DNA of 64,000 nucleotides from Candidatus Multivoradales bacterium (GCA_965248925.1 CBDFLE010000004.1:160001-224000); one strand, 5' to 3'. Shown: positions 18,901 through 27,240, numbered from the stretch's first letter. The notes: a model not told the origin generated them from the sequence alone. Numbers and translations are program-made.

Positions 18901-21900
18901 ACCTCGCGGGCATCGGCCCCGCCGGGCTGCCGCTGCGCGGCCTTGGTGAGGGGCTGATGGACGAGCCCGTGGCCGAGCTGAAAGACGATAAGGCGCTGGT
19001 GCTGCAACGGCAGTCAGACAACCCCCTCTCAGAGGGCTACAACGTCTTCCTCTCCGACCCGGTGGTGCTGCTGGCCGATGTACGCGCTTCGGCGCATTTC
19101 GAGCGCTCGGAGGCCGAGAAGAAGGTCTGCCGCCGCTGCGACCTGGTGGACGAGGGGGTCTACACCGCGGCCGATCTACCTCCCAACGAGCTGCATGTCG
19201 AGCTGCTGTCGGGCCATCAAGTGCGGGCTAGCTACAGCGCAGCCTTCGCCACCAGCCTTGCCGGCCTCTACGATGCCGACCTGCTAGCGGGCTACGCCGT
19301 CGTCGCCGACAGCGTGCCCTGGGATCTCAGCCCCTCGCCGCACCAGGAGCCGGTACTCAATGCCGCCACTAGCGCGATGGCGGCGCCGGGCACCCTCTTG
19401 CACTCAGGAGAGATGACCCGCCAGGCGATCGACTTAAGCCTCCAAGGCCGGGGATTGGACCTCGCCTTGGTGCGCACCTACCGCAGCCAGACCATCAGCA
19501 ACGGCCCCCTCGGCCCGGGCTGGGATCATGGCTACCGCCTGCGCCTGCGGCTCTTGCCCAATGGCGATATCGACTTCTTCGACGGCACTGGCCGCCGCGA
19601 GACCTTCACCTTGGAAGACGACGGCAAGCTTATGCCGCCCGTCGGCCGCTTCGTCCAGCTCAAGAAGTACGCCGAGGGCTACACCCTGATCGGCAGCGGC
19701 TACCAGCGCTGGCGTTTCGACCGCTGGGGTCGTTTAGTGTCGATGATCGACTCGGTGCGCACCAGCGAAGAGACCGGCAACGAGATCACCTTCCACTACG
19801 ACGCCCACTCGCGCCTGGCGCGAATCCACGACGATCTCGACCGCAACACCTTCCTGCACTACGACGACGAAGGCCGCCTGGAGAAGATCGTCGACTTCAG
19901 TGATCGCGACTTCCTCTACCACTACGACGCCCAGGGAAGATTGACCAGTTTCGAGACTCCAGTCGTCGACCTCGGCAGCGGCAGCAGCCAGCGTCTATCG
20001 ACCACCTACGCCTACCACGCCGCCGGCACCGGCCTGGCTGGCCAGCTCAGCCAACGCGATGATCTGAAAAGCGAGACCGACGCCAAGAGCCAGACCTGGC
20101 TCACCCTGCGGTATCAGGATTCCGACGGCAACGGCCGCCCCGATGCGCTCAAAGAACAAGATTGGGGAGCGGAGACAGTGCATTTGGCCTTCGATTTCGA
20201 CGGCCAGCAGACCACCCTGACCGATCGCCGAGGCAAAGTCTGGACCTACCATCTCAACGCTGCTGGGCAGGCCACCAGCCTGGTCGATCCGAAGTCAGCC
20301 AACGGGTCGTGGCAATACGACGGCGAGGGTCTGCTGACCCGCGCCACCCGCCCCTTGGGTGGGGCTACCCAGATCGAGTATCCGGCGGACACCTCCGGCG
20401 ACCGCCGCGGCAGAGGCGATGCCCAGCGGATGGTTAAGATCGCCGATGGCCGCGGCCCCAACGGCTCGCCCAGCGAGCTGGTGACCACCTGGGAATACCA
20501 CTCACCGACCCACCAGCCCAGCCGAAAAACCGAGCCCGGTGGCGCGGTGACGGTGTGGGAACGGACGGATAATGGCCTGCCCGAGCAGATCGTGCGGGCC
20601 GCTGGCGCGGCGGAGCAGAGCATCACTGGGTTGAGCTACAACGCCCACGGCCAGCTGCTGGAAGCCACCAATCCCAACGGCCACGTCACCCGCCACAGCT
20701 ATTTCACCTCTGGCTCAGAAGAAGGCTACTTGAAGCAAACTGAAGTCGACCCTGGCGGTCTCAGCCTGGTCACCATTTACGAGCGCAACGATCGCGGCCA
20801 GCTGGAGGCGATCACCGATCCGCGAGGCGTGCGCCATGAGACCGAGCTGAACAGGCTGGATTGGCCGCTGGCCCAGGTAGCCGCCGCCAGCACCAGCGGT
20901 TTTCTGGCACCCCTCGGCTACCGCACGACCTGGCGCTATGACGCTAACGGCGACATCAGCGAAGTGTCTAGTCCTTTCGGCGATGGCTCAACTACGACGA
21001 TCGAGGTCCGCACCTACGGCGTGCTCGGCGAGCTGCTGTCGGCCGAGAGAGAGGTGGCTCCAGGGGGTCGACGTATTGTAGAGACCTCGACCTATGACCC
21101 AAACCTGAACCTCTTGACTCACGTCGACGGTGCCGGCCAGCGGGTCGAGCGCGAGTACGACGAGCGAGGACAGTTGTCTCTGGTGCGCCGCGGCTTGGGT
21201 ACCGGCGCATTGGCGACACCGATTGTCGAGCACCAGAGCTACGACCTGGACGGCCATTTGAGCAGTCAGCGCGATGGCCGCGGCATGACCTGGGAGGCCG
21301 AGCGCGATGGCCATGGTCGGGTGCTGCGCAGCCGCTCGCCTCTCGGCCACTACCGAGAGCAACGCTACAATCCGGCCGGCGATCTGGCTGCCCTGCTGGC
21401 CTACGATGCCGGGGGGCAGCTGCTAGTCGAGAGTGCTTTTGCCTACGATCTGCTGCACCGCCGCACCGAGACCACCGCCTGGCGCTGGACACCGGACCCG
21501 CAGCAGCCCGACCCCTCTCGTACCGCTGAGAAGACTCACCATCGGTGGGACGCCGCCAGCAACCTGCTCGAAGTCGAAGATCCGCTGGGTCGCCTGACCA
21601 GGACTTCTTACGATGCTGCCGAGCGCCCCGAGCGAGTGGAGCTGCCCGAGGGCAACGTGCGCCGCACGACCTACGATTCTGGTGGCTTGCCGATTACCGA
21701 GCATGCCGACGAGGTCGATCCGGCGGGCGGCTCGCACACCATCACCTATCAATCGACTTTCGATGCCCTCGGCCGCCGCCTCAGCCGCCAAGACGGAATC
21801 TTCGCCAACCGCACCCTCTGGACGCTGGATGCTCGCGGCCAGGTGACCCTCGAAATCGACCCGACGGGTCGATTCACCCGGCGCAGCTACGATGGGCTCA

Positions 21901-24900
21901 ACCGGATGACCCGCGAGGTGCGGCCGGAAGGAATCTCGGTCGACTACAGTTGGGACGACGCTTCGCGCCTCACCACCTACACCGACGCCCGCGGCCAGGC
22001 CACCCGCTGGGAGTACGACGGCGTGGGTCGGCGCACCAAAGTCGTCTATCCCGATCAGCAGCAGGAGCGTTGGGTCTATGACCCCACCAACAACGTCACC
22101 GAGCGCCACGATCCTCGCGGCCTGGTAGTGCATCAAAGCTGGGACGAGGCTGGCCGGTTGCAATCTCGTACTGTCACCCAGTCGCCGGGAGGCGCTGTGG
22201 AAGGGCCGATGGTCGAGGCTTTCTCCTTCGACGGCCTCGACCGCCTAATCAGAGCCCAGTCGGGAAGCGTAGTTACCGAGCGAGTCTACAACTCCCTCTC
22301 CCACCTGGCCTCAGAGACGAATGCCGGACGCACCACCAGCTGGCAGCGCAACGCCCTTGGCGAGCCCACTCGCACTAGCTACCCCTCGGGACGCCAGGTC
22401 GAGCGCACTTTCGACAATCTCGGCCGAGTTAGCACGGTCGGCGAGTCCGGCGCGCCAGCTTCGATTGCCAGCTATGGTTATCGCGGCCCGGCGATTGCCC
22501 GCAAAGACCTCGGCAATGGCCTCCAGGGCAACATGAGCTTCGATGGCCTGCGCCGCATGGTGGACAACAACTTCAGCTTGGCGGGGGAGTCCGCCACCTT
22601 CCAAGAATCTCTGGCCTGGAGCCCCCGCAGCCTCAAGACCGGCCAATCGCGGGGCGATCTGGGCGGTGCTGGCCGGGTCTTTGCCTACGATGGCGCTCAA
22701 CGCTTGATCGAATCCGCCCGCGTGCCCCCGGCGCTGGCTCAGCGCCCCGGTAACACGCCCCCCGACGTGGCCCTGTTGGCCAGCTTGCCCGAGCGCACTA
22801 GCTATCAGCACGACAACGCCATGAACCTGATTCGCAGCACCACCACCCAGCGTGGCATCGAGCAGATCACCGACTTACCGCCCGACAATCGCAATCGTCC
22901 CAGCGCCTTCGGCGGCGTTGCCCTCGAATGGGATGCCGCCGGCAACATGAAGCGCAAAGGCGATATGCAGATGTACTATGATTTACACAACCGCCTGACG
23001 CGGGTTACTCGGAGTGGTGTCGAAGTCGCCAAATATCACTACGATGCTTTCAATCGTCGGGTGAAGATCCAGACTCCGGTTTACTCTGAGGAGAGCGTCT
23101 GGGACGGCTGGCAGTCCATGGAAACCTACCGCAACGGTGTTTTGGCCTCGCGGCGGGTCTACGGCAATGGAATCGACGAGATTCTCCAGCACGAGGTCGA
23201 CCTCAACGGAGATGGTACTGTGGAGCAGACCTACTATCCGATCACCGACAGCACTGGCAATGTGGCGATGCTGACCTCTTCTAACGGCAAACCCATCGAG
23301 CGTTATTTTTACAGCCCCTATGGTGAGCGGCGGGTGTTGGTGGATCTGACTGCCCCGAGCAATCATCAACTTCTCATCGATACTTCCGGGATGCTGCGAA
23401 TCGAGCTGAGCGAAGAGGTTTCTATCGAGGAGCTTGAATCGGGCCTGGCAGATGGCCGGATCAAGCTAGAGAGAGTGTCCGACGGGTCGCAGATTCCTCT
23501 TACCCTGGACCTGCCCGTTCAAGGCGGACCGCTGGCTCGACGCCGGTTGGTGCTGGCCCCAGCCACGCCGCCCGCGGCAGGGGAGCAAGTGCGGTTCCAA
23601 GTGGCGCCCTCGGCGCTGCTCGATACTTTCCACAACTCGGCCGTCTCGGGTATCGACCACACCTGGGCCTGGTCGGCGACGCCCAGCGTGCTCCAGGACA
23701 CGGCGCCGCCGAGAGTCAGCGAGGTAGTGGTCCGCTCGGGCGTTGTCGAGATCGTGTTTACGGAGGAAGTTGATCCAGCTGCTGCGGCGGCGATAGTACA
23801 GCTCGACGGCCAGCCCGCCAGCTGGACCTTGGCTGATGATCGCTACACCGTCATCGCTACTACCGCGCTGAGTGCTGGTTCCCACACCCTCGACATCGGC
23901 ACCGCGGCTCTCGACCTCGCCGGCACCGGCCTGGCCCAGCCCTTCAGCTTGGATCTTGAGATCGGTGCCGCTGCCAATCCACAGTCGGCTAACCTGACTG
24001 CAAAGAGTCCGGCTGGTGCCAAGGCGGAATCCGGTGACAGCTTCGTGGCCTACCAAGATGTGGACTTGCTCTTCAGCGACACCAGCGCGGTCGGCAACGT
24101 CTACGGCTTCCACGGCCGGCCACTCGATCGAGAGACCGGGCTGCTGTACTTCAGGAACAGGTATCTCGATCCGGAGATGGGACGGTTTATCAGCATGGAT
24201 CCGATGGGGTATGTGGATGGGCCTAGTGGGTATCAGTTTGCTGGGAGTTCGCCGGGGGATGGAAGGGATCCGTTGGGGTTGTGTGTGGGGAGGCTAAGAG
24301 AGACTGGTTTCTGCAAGGGCGTCAATGATTTGCTAACCGGGTATGGGCCGGTGGTCAATGACAATGCCGTTCTCAAGGAGTATGAAACGGTGAGACGGGA
24401 GGCGATTCGGGTTGTAGATGGTCTAGTTTTCTCGCCTAGGGTCGGACATCAGATCTATCCGAACCTGCACCATGGAAGCATGTCTTCTGTTGTAGGACTT
24501 GTTGTTCATCAGACGACTGCTGCTACCGCGACTTCTACTTACAATACGTATTCCAGTCCGGAGAGGACAGTTGGTGCTCACTTCTTGATCGAGAGGAATG
24601 GGAAAATCGTTCAAACGGCGTTGGTGAACCAACAGGCTTTCCACGTTGGCACTATGAAGTCGAAGTGTCTGGATGAATTCGAGGCTTGTGCCGTTGCGGT
24701 GGGTCCCTTCGTTGCGTTGTCAGCCGCTCTGGATATTGCCGAGTTCCTGCAGAGTCTTGCAATGGAGAATCATAGTCCGCGAGCACTCTCTGCCTACGAG
24801 AAGAAGAAGTCGTTCCCATTTCGGTATCCTTCGAATGCCGACTCAATCGGCATTGAGGCTGTTGGTGCAACTAGAGACCCTGCCACGGGAGCCTATCCAT

Positions 24901-25073
24901 ATTGGAAAAGCGATGCTGTTTTTGACGATGCAACGTCACGGCAAAACGATTCTTTGAAGTGGTTAGTCGGCCAACTGCGAAGGGTCTATGGTGTTGAGAA
25001 GATGTATGTTTACCGCCACCCGAGCATTGCGCGAAAGAATGCGGGCGAATCACAATCACTGGTGTGGGAGTAG
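9936..25073 (+). CDS. Giant (5045 aa) secreted Ig-repeat/YD-repeat Rhs toxin B with C-terminal PGRP/Amidase_2-type N-acetylmuramoyl-L-alanine amidase
   Basis: Signal peptide ending AQA; DxxAP/EG-N Ig-like repeats; LVIVD-like repeats; DUF6531-like RTYRSQ...GPLGPGW; YD repeats; core RYLDPEMGRFISMDPMG; tip with LVVHQT, AHFLI, AFHVG, SIGIE and YRHP. Confidence 0.93.
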   Translation: MPKQPSLRFLLILQVSLGVLLLSASAAQAAPVFVSVTPVDGTLSSAASVTLTIEVQAAASLQVDGQAVTTVDPSGTVWTAGPYSLSEGERVFVLIAEDASGVQAQQLHRVVRDSLPPVLSLSQPAAGAIVASSPLIVVGTAVDAHLAAVRVGGQVAALSGASFSHSLVLVEGEQTFTVEASDSLGQSGQQSVTVTLDSQPPTVALLEGAQPLAADALFNRSVVLSFSVTDATATTVEALLDGASFTSGTTVSAAGSHVFSVTATDAAGQPTSVSRSFEIDLTAPSFLSFTPSDGTLLADSQVTLSGVVEGAAALSVEGQAASLVGQSWTAGALQLIEGEREISILATDLAGNSASFTLHLERDATAPQLIGLVPSLDTVLATSPVAVSGTASDAHLLEVRVGGELASLTGSQFSHPAVVLVEGENLLPIVATDQVGHQATAELRLVLDTQAPTLSLLVAGVPLQGGAVFAGPVTPEISASDATEVVTSATLDGATYLPGTVIDGDGLHQLSVSASDAAGHQATVLVSFSLDLAAPVFADLAPVDGSVDSGAQVTLTGRAPGAVSVSVDGQAATLAGDGFSAGPFNLSEGERVFLLAATDSGGNVTQLTHHLTRDSTAPQLTLGQPAAGALLGSTSVDVSGTASDPRLDQVTVNGVLAELSGGAFLARQVPLIEGDNVLTVVAADTVGNEVQTTRSVTVDTTPPTVVITDPASGTITPEAGLTLSGSAADPHLDRVEVAGVGASLAGGQWSLAVDLQEGSNTFTVEAFDPLGHSTSASVTVTRDSSAPEIHIESPAEGLYSPAANLTVSGTVVAEPDLTVTVGGVAATVAGSSWSAAAVPLVEGENRLIARVTDALGNQGTHTRVVWRDNQAPEFLSSIPAAGALELPAGSSFRLRFSEPLAAPSGGAYSLSTLAGQALASSAEIDGDDLVITPQAALPSATELRLVLGAGLVDRAGNALAAAHTLAFTVVDGGSPAAPQLDAYASYLCAPATTLAGSAEPGAWIEVDGGASVGAGQVADDGRFAISVVLLPEGPNHLTVIAVDAAGNPSPATSADIVHDCTAPEVLGASREAAGFRIALSETVDPLSLSGSVRVYDGGMEIAGTESATASELIWTASGALPAVALLVEVEGALADLAGNPLAFPYRQLFDIALGGSFFSGTAIDDASGRPLAGVRAVVTASDGVALAEPWPEQTSGEDGRLVIALPAGTHDVTFARPGYTPVFRVVTTVDGQGTDVFDPRLTPAAAAVSIDASGGLVEGSSEVGTAPRLTLPLAGLASAAAVRLTAVGGQGLAALLPYGWAPRGAVWVDLSAVNLDSSATLDLPVTSADGTVLEAVTLDLATLQWRSLGVVTVSGGEVTMTVDGEGAWAAVEADSGALAPPPAVAGQMLGSSAAPPSGGVTSASLSFDPEVVLPTQRSWVQVLYGLAAEVPSGVPLTLSIEERLELLDGSVRRISPYSADLVLYRDSLGDPTSRFRLRPSAAARSLPVRLGAEQVSVRSYGDETVRGNVLGPDGGVVSSAEGDQVVLPTGALEEPTAVTLSRRTVADLPLAPPAGGTVDGVLELDLAGRRLLLPAELSWSLTPAPAAGTPGLLLGVVEVEGEPRYRAIAELEATATGWRTQAIDAADLAWPGVLEGGLYVFLRLDAAPRFVRGMVLDPGGAPVVGAVVESTTVPWLQISAAEGGYVLPILLDAATLSARRAVTGNAVAVALPAGVAAERVDLDLPLQIVAPWVEQITPSAGTSGVLLGVNPVVRFSEPVDRASLDGAIELRQGGVAVAVALDHQGALVTLLPQATLVPGSEYEVWVGAAVRDLQGYGLSGSVSVLFSTEVVATPAGVDRGRIFLVEPDAQGLARVEGVAGAAPAGTLVFVENLTSFSTTESVQSAGDGSFLLTIGASLEDQLLLHVLIDGGNEVVILLTPFLGADLRTGLAGTGAGEFTTADGITVRYSAGTFAGPSRVKVTPIAMGTLAAAEDFSELVTFRLEIAGAQPLKPLEVTMAAPAGTAPAGTAAGSLWLLRRQLEIADLPWMVHAELALDGGELSTIHTVGEAQSANSGEVGGTKSGTFDVPAPLRVLSPAEAAARLPRSGFLSALPPADPAALVEVEPPLAGLGAAKATVAPTLADYLVGVSRPGVYQAARAEVELGWIAFPFRGAQDLVVRSAELPEVVLALDAVNRSFLPLGAGALPVELSPTPLNADPAAPGTKAPPAGEPKADSVEIQVLDFAGVELYRLVVDAPTQQLVLLTPSQLPNAGPPMPLGGGPLRFHAFSAAPGTSEIAAGISAELEGNSLTVRGEAGSAGAGVAVRLIDLESSNVLSATASPGGSFSVVASPSQLGDQLVLAISAKLTPGQPLRLDFSEALQEEAPGIRVEHDGMALPITKEPLGSWAQLRIHGGWQAGKTYNLRLDSTMADAAGLPWDANMTLPFEVAESSAGTSFALDEAHDIARLGSLLFVAAGADGLAVLDASDPRQLKNWLAAETYVDLVAEPGLPVRGVATDSHGRVVAVGGGVARRGVLLILDPQELPQGAATVPAAAILGRTLLTEPQLAGSGAPPLLIGRPLEVEIFNRDQSTTWTLGEAVPPGLTLAPPSPPSGTAAVSLTVSGMATAERPVTLRNLTTGERDSARVGSAGGGGAGSFSLSLSVQRGDRLELLRNELSLAYVAGYDAGVVTVDLNAVEAADEEVDDPWDAFDLLRYNTHYFVPTEVLCSTFENDQRFDVIDARVLPAASEGEPWSVLALVENYGLLSLGASVATPLEKLAYRDALCGEVDGNRKLGGLDVLPGYRFDRNGDGVLDDTEPERDYALLTNTVGGGGRGWLLIVDVTERDELRRVGRIELPGPATRVTADAIGRRALVSGLGGGVYIVDLDRWPELGGGGGTPQIWSSDRVVERLSFGEDVRAPTLVAPELGLAFAGGVARGVTPLSTGLPRLSLVTSGKKGLRRVARLAPFGAPSAPESAEEGAEEIPGLIRVQAQLPGGLADAEGKIRVDLAGIGPAGLPLRGLGEGLMDEPVAELKDDKALVLQRQSDNPLSEGYNVFLSDPVVLLADVRASAHFERSEAEKKVCRRCDLVDEGVYTAADLPPNELHVELLSGHQVRASYSAAFATSLAGLYDADLLAGYAVVADSVPWDLSPSPHQEPVLNAATSAMAAPGTLLHSGEMTRQAIDLSLQGRGLDLALVRTYRSQTISNGPLGPGWDHGYRLRLRLLPNGDIDFFDGTGRRETFTLEDDGKLMPPVGRFVQLKKYAEGYTLIGSGYQRWRFDRWGRLVSMIDSVRTSEETGNEITFHYDAHSRLARIHDDLDRNTFLHYDDEGRLEKIVDFSDRDFLYHYDAQGRLTSFETPVVDLGSGSSQRLSTTYAYHAAGTGLAGQLSQRDDLKSETDAKSQTWLTLRYQDSDGNGRPDALKEQDWGAETVHLAFDFDGQQTTLTDRRGKVWTYHLNAAGQATSLVDPKSANGSWQYDGEGLLTRATRPLGGATQIEYPADTSGDRRGRGDAQRMVKIADGRGPNGSPSELVTTWEYHSPTHQPSRKTEPGGAVTVWERTDNGLPEQIVRAAGAAEQSITGLSYNAHGQLLEATNPNGHVTRHSYFTSGSEEGYLKQTEVDPGGLSLVTIYERNDRGQLEAITDPRGVRHETELNRLDWPLAQVAAASTSGFLAPLGYRTTWRYDANGDISEVSSPFGDGSTTTIEVRTYGVLGELLSAEREVAPGGRRIVETSTYDPNLNLLTHVDGAGQRVEREYDERGQLSLVRRGLGTGALATPIVEHQSYDLDGHLSSQRDGRGMTWEAERDGHGRVLRSRSPLGHYREQRYNPAGDLAALLAYDAGGQLLVESAFAYDLLHRRTETTAWRWTPDPQQPDPSRTAEKTHHRWDAASNLLEVEDPLGRLTRTSYDAAERPERVELPEGNVRRTTYDSGGLPITEHADEVDPAGGSHTITYQSTFDALGRRLSRQDGIFANRTLWTLDARGQVTLEIDPTGRFTRRSYDGLNRMTREVRPEGISVDYSWDDASRLTTYTDARGQATRWEYDGVGRRTKVVYPDQQQERWVYDPTNNVTERHDPRGLVVHQSWDEAGRLQSRTVTQSPGGAVEGPMVEAFSFDGLDRLIRAQSGSVVTERVYNSLSHLASETNAGRTTSWQRNALGEPTRTSYPSGRQVERTFDNLGRVSTVGESGAPASIASYGYRGPAIARKDLGNGLQGNMSFDGLRRMVDNNFSLAGESATFQESLAWSPRSLKTGQSRGDLGGAGRVFAYDGAQRLIESARVPPALAQRPGNTPPDVALLASLPERTSYQHDNAMNLIRSTTTQRGIEQITDLPPDNRNRPSAFGGVALEWDAAGNMKRKGDMQMYYDLHNRLTRVTRSGVEVAKYHYDAFNRRVKIQTPVYSEESVWDGWQSMETYRNGVLASRRVYGNGIDEILQHEVDLNGDGTVEQTYYPITDSTGNVAMLTSSNGKPIERYFYSPYGERRVLVDLTAPSNHQLLIDTSGMLRIELSEEVSIEELESGLADGRIKLERVSDGSQIPLTLDLPVQGGPLARRRLVLAPATPPAAGEQVRFQVAPSALLDTFHNSAVSGIDHTWAWSATPSVLQDTAPPRVSEVVVRSGVVEIVFTEEVDPAAAAAIVQLDGQPASWTLADDRYTVIATTALSAGSHTLDIGTAALDLAGTGLAQPFSLDLEIGAAANPQSANLTAKSPAGAKAESGDSFVAYQDVDLLFSDTSAVGNVYGFHGRPLDRETGLLYFRNRYLDPEMGRFISMDPMGYVDGPSGYQFAGSSPGDGRDPLGLCVGRLRETGFCKGVNDLLTGYGPVVNDNAVLKEYETVRREAIRVVDGLVFSPRVGHQIYPNLHHGSMSSVVGLVVHQTTAATATSTYNTYSSPERTVGAHFLIERNGKIVQTALVNQQAFHVGTMKSKCLDEFEACAVAVGPFVALSAALDIAEFLQSLAMENHSPRALSAYEKKKSFPFRYPSNADSIGIEAVGATRDPATGAYPYWKSDAVFDDATSRQNDSLKWLVGQLRRVYGVEKMYVYRHPSIARKNAGESQSLVWE

Positions 25074-25075
25074 AG

Positions 25076-25537
25076 ATGCCTAGTCGCCCTGTCAATACGC
25101 TTGGACACTTATTCGTCACCGCCTTCCTGTTTCTAGGTCTAGGCGGAAATCCTATGGATGTCGAGAAGGAGAACGAGCCGTCTCGCTTTGTAGATGTGTA
25201 CGGGCGGAAGTTCACTATAGAAATCCAGGAGCTTAAAGGGGACTTCGAGGAAAGGGTTTGTCAGCAGTTTCATCTGGAAGCTAAAGATGTGAAGTTTTTT
25301 TTCGACAATGCTGTATTAGTTGACGGTTACACTCTAGAGAAGGAGTATCCATGGTACCCCTGTGGTTTGAACGGGAAAATAACCATTGGCGAGCAAATCT
25401 TCGAGTGGGAGATTACGCCCGGGGGCAAGGGTGTGCTAGAGCCTATTTCTGGAGCTGAAGAGTCAGTCTGCCTAGTGTGTGATCTAGGCTGTGAGGATGT
25501 TTTTCCGCATGGTGGGAATATGTTCAGGGGCGAATAG
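25076..25537 (+). CDS. Putative exported immunity protein for amidase toxin B
   Basis: ATG 2 nt after the toxin stop with a GGAG RBS; N-terminal hydrophobic segment; several Cys; low GC. Confidence 0.8.
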   Translation: MPSRPVNTLGHLFVTAFLFLGLGGNPMDVEKENEPSRFVDVYGRKFTIEIQELKGDFEERVCQQFHLEAKDVKFFFDNAVLVDGYTLEKEYPWYPCGLNGKITIGEQIFEWEITPGGKGVLEPISGAEESVCLVCDLGCEDVFPHGGNMFRGE

Positions 25538-25541
25538 GGTC

Positions 25542-25579
25542 TGTCCCGTCCGCCGCGTTGTCCCGTCCGCCGCGTCCGC
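25542..25579 (+). repeat. Cluster 2 of the TGT element-end motif (17-nt truncated copy at 25542, full copy at 25559)
   Basis: Starts 4 nt after the immunity stop codon. Confidence 0.95.
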
Positions 25580-25785
25580 GATCAAAATCGTAGCCAAACG
25601 GCCACTTTATTGGTCGCCTTCCTTCGTTGATGGACCCGCTCCTTGTCGCTCCTCTTCAGCTCACGCCGAGAATTTCCCAGACCGACGGCGATCTTCGCTA
25701 GCTGCCGAGAATCCGAGGCGCCTGAGCGAGCCTCACCGTGGACAGCGCGTCGCAGCAGCCCATCAACTCGCCAGCCTGAGCCGCT

Positions 25786-26700
25786 CTACTTGGGCGCATA
25801 GAAGCCAGAGAGCACTCCTTGCCAGGCGGTCATGAATCGTAGGTGCCCCCGTGAGGGCTTGCGGCCGGTCCAGACCTCGGCCGGTGTGCAGCCGTCGAGG
25901 TTCTGATGCGGGCGCAGTTCGTTATACCAAAACCGGAAGACATCCAACTGTCGCTGGGTCTTGTGGCCCGCTGGCAGCGGCTCGCGCCGCCGCCGCAGGC
26001 GCTCTTTGAAGGTGCCGAAGAAGCGCTCGATACGTCCGTTCTGCCACGGCGAGGCCAGCTGGGTGCGCTGGTGGCGAATACCCAGTATGGCCAGCGAAAG
26101 CCGGAAGATCCAAGATGTAAAGACTGGCTCGTTGTCAGTGCGCAAGCACTTTGGCTTGCCGCATAGCTCGATCGTGTCGAGCAGCTGGCGCACCAGTTCG
26201 ACCGATGCTTTGGTCTTCACTGCTTGAAGGCTCAAGCAGAGCCGAGTGCCGTGGTCGAGCAGGCCGAAGATGGTTTCTTTCTGGCCGGCGGTGTTATCAG
26301 CGTAGGTGAGATCGGCGGCCCAGATCAGCCGCTTGCCGCCGATCCCAGGTTTTCTCCTGCGGATCTTCCGGCGCCAAGCGAGAATCTCCAGCTGGTGCTC
26401 GTTGAAGATCTTTGCAACGTAGCTCTTGCCCACCGTCATTCGGCGATGGCGGTAGTTGCGATTGAAGGCTGCCGCGATCGCCCTACAGCCATCGTCGGGC
26501 TGCAACGCCTTGAGCCGGATCACCGCTTGGCGCACCCACTTGGGCTTGCGCCGGCAGAAGCCGCGATAAGTCGTTGGGTCGGGTGGACACTTGGCTCGGC
26601 GGCGGTGCTTCGCCCTGGGTTGCAGGGCGAGCGAAGTGAGCGCAAGAATCAGAAGCAACACGAACGCCCAGAGCAGGACGCCGGCAAGGTCGGAAGTCAT
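25786..26700 (-). CDS. rve/DDE integrase with N-terminal hydrophobic helix, copy 2
   Basis: Near-identical to copy 1; DDE motifs intact. Confidence 0.92.
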   Translation of the reverse strand: MTSDLAGVLLWAFVLLLILALTSLALQPRAKHRRRAKCPPDPTTYRGFCRRKPKWVRQAVIRLKALQPDDGCRAIAAAFNRNYRHRRMTVGKSYVAKIFNEHQLEILAWRRKIRRRKPGIGGKRLIWAADLTYADNTAGQKETIFGLLDHGTRLCLSLQAVKTKASVELVRQLLDTIELCGKPKCLRTDNEPVFTSWIFRLSLAILGIRHQRTQLASPWQNGRIERFFGTFKERLRRRREPLPAGHKTQRQLDVFRFWYNELRPHQNLDGCTPAEVWTGRKPSRGHLRFMTAWQGVLSGFYAPK

Positions 26701-26750
26701 TCCTTGAGAATACCGATCTCACGCAGCCTAGCCCGAGGTGCCGCGCTGCC

Positions 26751-27218
26751 TCACGTATCACCTCCCGAATGCCAGAAGCCCGGCTTGTGCAGCTCCAGCA
26801 CGAAGTCCACCTCGGCGGCCCTCCTCTCGTAGTCACGCCGCTCCTTCGCCGCCGCGATCCTGGCGGCGATCTCGCTGGCCAGGTGCTCTCCCTTGCCGGG
26901 TCGCGTCGGCAAGGCTTCCCTGGCCACGTCACGGAGGACTTGCTCCACCAGCGCCCGGTCCTTCTTCTTCGGGTCACAAGCGTGGTTGAGAAACCACAGG
27001 ATCAGCGCCGCGGGCTCGAGGAATCGGTGGTTGACCGCGGCCAGGAAGGCCGCGGTCAGCTCTTCGATCGGTGCGCTGGCAGAAAGCTTAATCTCAGCCA
27101 GGCTGTCGATGCTGGAATGATTGAGTCGCTGGTTGGCGCCGGTGATCTGAGCGGCGATCTGGCGTACTGTCTGGAGGATCTGTTCGGTGGTCATAGGCTT
27201 TCTGGACAGAGTGGCCAT
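26751..27218 (-). CDS. Conserved 155-aa hypothetical protein, copy 2
   Basis: Paralog of 4379-4846 with an RBS. Confidence 0.8.
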   Translation of the reverse strand: MATLSRKPMTTEQILQTVRQIAAQITGANQRLNHSSIDSLAEIKLSASAPIEELTAAFLAAVNHRFLEPAALILWFLNHACDPKKKDRALVEQVLRDVAREALPTRPGKGEHLASEIAARIAAAKERRDYERRAAEVDFVLELHKPGFWHSGGDT

Positions 27219-27240
27219 TCTGGTGTTCCTCCTCGGTAAT

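Noticed and set aside
25542-26700. Integron attC sites with an integron integrase
   Set aside because: The enzyme is DDE/rve type, not a tyrosine recombinase, and the motif lacks RYYYAAC/GTTRRRY boxes.
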